Of a stretch of 64,000 nucleotides of DNA, positions 57,101 to 64,000 are shown piece by piece. This stretch comes from Scyliorhinus canicula (taxonomy: Eukaryota). A program made the position numbers and the translations under genes. Every line of letters starts with the position of its first letter. Within the stretch, counting starts at the first letter, position 1. The stretch spans positions 7,209,941 through 7,273,940 of the forward strand of contig NC_052175.1 in NCBI RefSeq assembly GCF_902713615.1, in the 5' to 3' direction. The notes under the pieces are model-generated. The model did no database searches. It was given only the letters and a program-made list of their open reading frames with translations, and was not told the origin of the DNA.

Positions 57101-58340
57101 GCTCGAGGGGCCAGATGGCCTGCTCCTGCTCCTAGTTCTTATGTTCTTATGTTCTTATATTACAGATGTCAGTATTCAGCCAGTACGAATAGCTCCACGT
57201 GATATGAAGGCACTGTATATTGCAAATGCTTTGGGTCCTGATAATGTTGCGGCATTACTACTGAATACTTGTGCTCCAGAACATTCTGTACCCATTGTCA
57301 AGCTGTTCCATTACAGCTACAACCCTGGCATCCACCCGGAAATGTGGGAAATTACCCGCGTCTGTCCACTACAGAATAAAGAGGGCAAATCCAACCCATC
57401 CAGTTCCTACCCATTCGGTCAACTCTCCATCATCAGAAAAGCCGTGGTAGAAGTCATAAACAGTACTATCAAGCGGCACTTACTCTTCAATCACCTGCTC
57501 ATGAACGCTCAGTTTGTGTTCCGCCAGGGTCATAGCCTTGGTTCAATAATGGACAAAAGAATGCCAAAGGCGAGGTGAGAGTGACTGCCCTTGGCATCAG
57601 GGCAGCGTTTGACTGGGCATGGCATCAGAGAGCTCAAGCTAAACTGGAGTCAATGGGAATCAGAGGGGGAAAACTCTTTTGGTTTGAGTCATACCTGCCA
57701 CAAAGGAAAATGTTTGTGGTGGTTGGAGGTCCATCATCTCAGTTTAGGATATCACTGCAGGAGTTCATCAGGGTAGTGCCTTCGGCCCATTCATATTCAG
57801 CTGCTTCATCAATAACCTGGCGCCATCATAAGGTCAGAAGTGGGGGGTGTTTGCGGATGACTGTACAATGATCAGCACTATATGTTACTCCTCAGATAAT
57901 GAGGCAGTCTGTATCCATATGCAGCAAGACCTGGTCAATATTCGGGCTTGGGCTGAGAATTGGCAAGTTACATTTCTGCCACGCAAGTACCACACACTAA
58001 CCATCTCCGACAAGCGACAATCTGAGCACTGGTCCTTGGCATTCAATTGACATTACCATCGCCGAATCCTCCACGATCAACATTCCATGGGGTCACCGAT
58101 TAGCAGAAAATGAACGAGACTAGCCACATTAATACTATACTGTGGCTACCAGGGCTGGTAAAAGGCGAGGAATCCTCCGGCGAGTAACTCACCGCCTGAC
58201 CCCCCCCCCCCCCCAAAAAAAAAAAACCTGTGTCACCATCTACAAGGCACAAGTTAGGAGTCTAATGGAATACTCTCCACTTGCCGGGATGAGTGCAGCC
58301 CCAGCAACACTCAGGAAGTTCGATGCCGGAATGAAGCGAC
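54122..58340 (+). mobile_element. Old LINE ORF2 (CR1/L2 group, different family), split by a family A CR1
   Basis: The left part ends ggtccctagca (54776). The right part resumes ttacagatgtcag (57160) and carries degenerate RT motifs (QFVFRQG, AAFD, FADD). Confidence 0.7.
54777..57158 (+). mobile_element. CR1 family A, copy 3, 5'-truncated
   Basis: ORFs 54829-55263 and 55409-56728 match copy 2 ORF2. (TTCTTATG)n tail at 57137-57158. Confidence 0.93.
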
Positions 58341-59525
58341 CAGTGGCTTTTCACAGTAACCTCATTGAAAATTAAAATCGCTTATTTGAAGTAGGCTTCA
58401 AATAAAGTTACTGTGAAAAGACCCTAATCGCCACATACCGGCGCCTTTTCGAGGAGACTGGTACGGGAATTGAACCGTGCTGCTGGCCTAACCTTGGTCT
58501 CAAATCCAAAGATTTAGCCCTGTGCTAAACCAGCCCCTTTGCAGTGTTAATGTAAACCTACTTGTGAAAATAAAGATTATTTTTGCCACCACCCAGGACA
58601 AAGCAGCCTGCTTGAATGCTTCTCCCTCCACCACATTCAAACACTCCACTGCCGACGAACAGTGGCAGCCGGGTGTACGAACTAGAAGATGCACTGAAGG
58701 AACTCACCAACGTTCCTTTCACAACACCTTGATAACCGACGACCACGACCAACTAAAATGACAAGAACAGCAAATAGCTGGGAACCACACAACAAGGAGG
58801 TTCCTCTATACGTCACTCAACACGCTGACTTGGAAATTATTGTTATTACTTGGAAGTATATCGCCCTTCCTTCACTATCGCTGGGTCAAAATTCTGGTAC
58901 TTCCTCCTTTGCAGCATATTGTGAAAGAACTGGACCACTTCAGGACCAGTGAGGGGAATCTATGTGTTGAGGCAGAGGAAATGGGCAAGGTACAAAATAA
59001 GCACTTTGCATTAGTGTTCATCAAATAAAATAACTTTGCAGAGGACGATTCTTGGGTACGGTGTTTCGACCGGCTGGATCACGTTGACATCGAAAAGGAG
59101 GAGGTATTGGATCGTTTAAAAGATATTAAGGTCGATACGTCTCCTGAGCCGGATGGGATTTACCGTTAATACTGAGGGAAGCAAAGGAGTACAATTTTGG
59201 GGCCTGGACTGACGTCTGAGTACCCTCATTGGCATCAGGCCAGATCCCAGAGAGCTGATGAATAGCGAATGTGGTACTGCAGTTTATGAAAGGAGCAGGG
59301 ATAATCCTGGAAACTAAAGGCCCTTGAGCCTCACGTCGGTTGGTGTTGTTATCGTAGAGGCTCTCAGGGACAGGATTTATACCCATTTGGAAAGAAAAGG
59401 ACTCGTCAGCGATAGGCAGCACGGTGTGGTGAAGTTGATATCGTGCCTCACTAACTTGATCAAATTTTTTTGTGGAGGTGTCAAAGATTATTGATGAGGG
59501 ATGCACGGTGGAAGTTGTTTACATG

Positions 59526-59884
59526 TACAAAATGATCAGAGGGTTCTACAAAATGATCAGAGGGTTAGATAGGGTGGACAGCGAGAGCCTTCTCCCGCGG
59601 ATGGAGGTGGCTAGCACGAGGGGACATAGCCTTAAATTGAGGGGTAATAGATATAGGACAGAGGTCAGAGGTGGGTTTTTTACGCAAAGTGTGGTGAGGC
59701 CGTGGAATGCCCTACCTGCAACAGTAGTGAACTCGCCAACATTGAGGGAATTTAAAAGTTTATTGGATAAGCATATGGATGATAAGGGCATAGTGTAGGT
59801 TAGATGGCCTTTAGTTTTTTTCCATGTCGGTGCAACATCGAGGGCCGAAGGGCCTGTACTGCGCTGTATCGTTCTATGTTCTCT
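59526..59884 (+). mobile_element. CR1 family B 3' end, inserted after an old CR1 RT fragment (about 58940-59525)
   Basis: Near-identical to 11518-11850. Confidence 0.9.
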
Positions 59885-60079
59885 GTATTGAGGCTCGTTT
59901 AACACATTGGGCTAAAGCTGGCTTTTAAAGCAGACCAAGGCAGGCCAGCAGCTCGGTTCCATTCCCGTATCAGCCTCGCCGAACAGGCGCCGGAATGTGG
60001 CGACTGGGGACTTTTCATAGTAACTTCATTTGAAGCCTACTTATGACAATAAGCGATTTTCATTTTCTGAGAAACATTG

Positions 60080-60870
60080 AAACATAGAATTTACAGTGCA
60101 GATGGAGGCCATTCGGCCCATCGAGTCGGCACCGGCAGCGGATCTTTGAAAGAGCACCCTACCCAATCCCACATCTCCACCCTACCATCATAACCCAGTA
60201 ACCCGACCCTACACGAAGGGCATTTTGTGGCACTAAGGACACATGACGTTTGACTTTCCGTGTTTGCAGTGTCGGTTTGACCAATCCACCTAACCTGCAC
60301 TTCTTTGGACTTTCCCCCATTTCCCTTATTCAAAGGTAACAGAAATTTATTGTGACAATAATTATCGAAATCTGGCAGGATACAAAGTTATCAGTTGATC
60401 CACAGGTCTGCATTTCATTCCATGAAATAAAGACGACGTACTGTACAATGATATTTTAGTTCAGTTCCCATTTTGTTCCTTCGAATTATTTTATTCGTTT
60501 CACAAGACAAACATGTCCTCCAGAAGATTTGCAGAAATTGAGTTGTAATACATTTGCCACTGCACGTTCCCAGTTTGGGTGTTCGGCTGGCACAGTGGTT
60601 AGCACTACTGTTTCGCAGAGCCAAGTTCCCTTGTTTGATTCCCGACTGTGTGGAGTCTGCACATTCTCCCCGTGCCTTAGTGGGTTTCCACTGGGTGCTC
60701 CGGTTTCCTCTCATATGTCACGAAAGAGGTGCTTGTTAGGTGAATTGAAAATTCTGAACTCTCCCTAAGAGAGGCCCGAACAGGCGACGTTGTGTGGCGA
60801 CTAGACAATTTTCACTGCACTGTTAATGTAAGCTTATTTGGGACTCTAATAAAGAGTATTTATTGGGCAG
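60080..60870. mobile_element. Two degenerate SINE pieces (minus about 60080-60312, plus about 60585-60870)
   Basis: V-SINE central blocks. The plus copy ends in the tail of the second SINE family. Confidence 0.6.
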
Positions 60871-61136
60871 TGAGATTACAAATTCATTGCTCATCATCAA
60901 GAATCATTATTTTGTTCCTGGGCATATATACATGAGTAAATTAGTTTCTATTGCAAGGAATCCGAAATTCCTCACAGATAGATCACGGGAAACCATCCCT
61001 CCCTAATACAGTTCGGTTACATTTGATTATGTCATGCGATGTAATAGGCTTTCACAAAATACACGTAGAGATCCACCATATTAATGTTCATGCTTTCATC
61101 CTGGTGCATAATAGCCCCTTTTTCCATTATTTACAG

Positions 61137-61957
61137 TTAACTTCACGATTATTCTGATTCGCTTTCGGAAGAAATGCGGTCTCTCAAAATGTGTCACTCG
61201 CTACCTTTTGGCCATATCAGTGGCAGATCTACTAGTTCTTTTCACCGACCTGTACTAAGGCAGAATTCAATTGCTTATTATGACGTCTTTAGTCCATCTT
61301 CCAGTGTGCAATATCCATGCTGTATTACTTTACGCAGCTCCTGACTGTTCTGCCTGGTTCACCGTCTCTTTCACCTTTGACCGATTTTGGACCATTTATT
61401 GTTAGAACCTGAAAATTAAATATTGGACCGAGAAACTGACGGCTGTGTTTATTGGCACAATGACTGTGTTGTTTCTTGTGAAGAACATATTCTGGTACTT
61501 CATGCTGACAAGCAGTTGTATTCTTATGAGAGCACCCTGGTTCTGAATGTGCAATGCTTTCATCAGTGTGGTCAACAATTGAATTGTTACACTGTATTAT
61601 GACCCCATGTGTAACGCTTACTATGATTCTGATGTTCAACATTTTAATTATCAGGCATATTTTAGTCACTTAGAGACTTCGGTATCGGGTCAGTGGGGAA
61701 CATCACAGTGACCCAGAGACGAAAAGCAGAAGAAGATCAATCATGTTACTTTTAATGATATCTGGGAATTTTATCGTTCTCTGGGCTTTGATCCTGATCC
61801 ATACCACACATTCTGGAATTACTTTACTTCCCAATGTTAATATTCCTCAAATGTCGAACATCGTACGCGAGCTTGGTTATGTGCTTCAGCTTCTTAGCTG
61901 CTGCAAAAACACTTTTATTTATACTGCAAGTAAATTCAGGGAGAAAGTGAAAAAGTA
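61137..61957 (+). pseudogene. GPR139-like GPCR pseudogene (exon 2)
   Basis: Acceptor tttacag|TTAAC at the same position as in the intact gene. KCGLSKCVTRYLLAISVADLLV, SAWFTVSFTFDRF and SCCKNTFIY motifs, with stops and frameshifts. Confidence 0.85.
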
Positions 61958-62250
61958 CTTAGAACATAGAGAAATACAGCACAGAACAGGCCCTTTGGCC
62001 CACCGTGTTGTGCCGAACATTTGTCCTCGGTTAATCATAGAATTTTGGACACTAAGGGCAATTTATCATGGCCAATCCACCCAACCTGCACACCTTTGGA
62101 CTGTGGGAGGAAACCGCAGCACCCAGAGGAAACCCACACACACATGGGGAGGATGCGCAGACTCAACAGCAGTGACCCAAGACGAAATCGAAACTGGGAC
62201 CCTAGAGCTGTGAAGCAATTGCACGATCCACAATGCTACCGTGTTGCACT
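61958..62250 (-). mobile_element. HE1-like V-SINE inserted at the pseudogene 3' end
   Basis: Tail to head on the minus strand. Confidence 0.85.
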
Positions 62251-62254
62251 TAAG

Positions 62255-63750
62255 CTCAAATGAATCTACACTCCATTATTCTACCATAATCCATGTACCT
62301 ATCCGATAACCGCTTGAAGGTCCCTAATGTTTCCGACTCAATTACTTCCACAGGCTGTGCGTCCCATGCCCCCACTATTCTCTGGGAAAAGGACCTACCT
62401 CTGACATCCGCCTGTACCTTCCACCATTCACCTTAAATTTATGTCCCCTTATAATGGTTTGTTCCACGAGGGGAACATTATCTGACTGTTTTCTCTATCT
62501 ATTCACCTGATCATCTTATAAACCACTGTCTCGTCGCCCCTCATCCTTCTCCGTTCTAATGAGAAAAGGCCTAGCACCCTCAACCTTTCCTCGTAAGACG
62601 TACTCTCCATTCCAGGTAACATCCTGGTAAATCTCCTTTGCAACTTTTCCAAAGCTTCCACAGCCTTCCTAAAATGAGGTGATCAGAACTTCACACAGTA
62701 CTCCAAATGTGGCCTTACCAAGGTTTTGTACAGCTGCATAATCACCTCACGGTTCTTAAATTCAATCCCTCTGCTAATGACCACGAGTACACAGCCTTCT
62801 TCACAGCTCTACCCACTTGAGTGCCAACATTCTAAGATCTATGAATATGGACCCCAAGATCTCTCTGCTCCTCTACATTGCCAAGAACCCTACCGTTAAA
62901 CCTGTATTCCGCATTCATATTTGTCCTTCCAAAATGGACAACCTCACACTTGACAGGGTAAAACTCCATCTGCCATTTCTCAGACCAGCTCAGCATCCGA
63001 TCTATGTCTGTTTGCAGCCGACAACCGCCCTCCTCACTATTCACAACTCCACCAATCGTCTTACCATCTGCAAATTTTCTGACCCACCCTTCAACTCACT
63101 CATCCGTTATTAATGGAAATCACAAACAGCAGAGGACCCAGAACTGATGCCTGTGGTACGCCACTGGTAACTGGGCTCCAGGCTGATTTTTTTTGCCATC
63201 CACCACCACCCTCTGACTTCTATTGGTTAGCCAGTTCGTTATCAAACAGGCCAAATTTCCGACTATCCTTCTTACTTTCTGCATAAGCCTACCGTGGGGA
63301 ACATTATCAAATGCATAACTAAAATTCATGTACACTACATCCACTGCTTTACGTAGATCCACATGCTTAGTCACCTCCTCAAAAAATATAATAAGACTTG
63401 TAAGACAAGACCTACCCCTTACAAATCCGTGCTGACTATCCCTAATCAAGCAGTGTCTTTCCAGATGATCAGTAATCCTATCACTCAGTACCCTTTCCAT
63501 TACTTTGCCGACCACCCAAGTAAGACTAACTGGCCTGTAATTCCCAGGGTTATCCCTATTCCCTTTTTTGAACAGGGGCACAACATTTGACACTCTCCAA
63601 TCCCCTGGTACCACCCCTGCTGACAGTGAGGACGATTAGATCATTGCTGACGGCTCTGCAATTTCATTTCTTGCTTCCCATAGAATCCTTGGATATAACT
63701 CGTCTGGCCCGGGGAACTTGTCTATCCTCAAGTTTTTCAAAACGCCCAAC
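62255..63750 (-). mobile_element. CR1 RT to 3' end fragment
   Basis: Minus ORFs 63120-63614 (NYRPVSLT, QHGF) and 62832-63044. Confidence 0.85.
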
Positions 63751-63970
63751 ATAAGAACATAAGAACATAAGAACTAGGAGAAGGAGTAGGCCATCTGGCC
63801 CCTCGAGCCTGCTCCGCCATTCAATTAGATCATGGCTGATCTTTTGTGGACTCAGCTCCACTTTCCGTCCCGAACACCATCACCCTTAACCCCTTTATTC
63901 TTCAAAAAAAAAGGGATTCACAACCCTTTGGGTGAAGAAGTTCCTCCTAAACTCAGTCCTAAAACTCAGT
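63750..63970 (-). mobile_element. CR1 family A 3' end with internal deletion
   Basis: (TTCTTATG)n tail at about 63750-63775. Matches 38303-38460 and 38538-38580. Confidence 0.85.
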
Positions 63971-64000
63971 CCAACACATCATCCTTCCCAACAAGTATCT

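Noticed and set aside
56793-57578. 261-aa ORF as a novel fusion gene
   Set aside because: It runs from a CR1 3' UTR and tail into an older LINE fragment. There is no promoter, splice or conservation evidence.
58346-58421. Inverted repeat cttttcacagtaac/gttactgtgaaaag as a structured RNA or terminator
   Set aside because: It is explained by two tail-to-tail pieces of the second SINE family.

Overview
Vertebrate nuclear DNA. The repeat content (CR1 LINEs with esterase ORF1, HE1-like V-SINEs, Penelope-type palindromes) points to a cartilaginous fish, probably a shark; this is inference. Most of the window is young and old CR1 LINE copies and SINEs, often nested. Hidden between them is a plus-strand cluster of immunoglobulin-superfamily receptor genes that the ORF track shows only in pieces. 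One gene can be rebuilt exon by exon with matching splice phases: leader 34634-34697, germline-joined V-J-like exon 35652-35987, C1 exon 36079-36384, uncharged TM exon 38071-38181, cytoplasmic exon 38299-38302 plus 43253-43307, and a terminal exon 43833-43877 carrying TIYADL. This gives a 306-aa antigen-receptor-like V(J)-C1-TM protein with an ITIM/ITSM-like tyrosine. A young, apparently full-length antisense CR1 (38303-43252) sits 4 nt inside the first cytoplasmic exon and would cut off the tyrosine motif. Upstream lie three decayed C1 exons and two paralogous LYASL terminal exons, so this is a birth-and-death receptor cluster. Downstream are an intact two-exon GPR139-like class A GPCR (47520-49975) and a pseudogene paralog. 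Other points: a CR1 with an intact 967-codon ORF2 inserted into an older copy of its own family, tandem 336-bp 5' monomers with strong splice donors in another CR1 family, a retrovirus-like RNase H relic, hammerhead-like palindromes, and a decayed 21-bp leucine-heptad repeat. All calls were made by eye. No database search was run, and the boundaries of old repeats are approximate.
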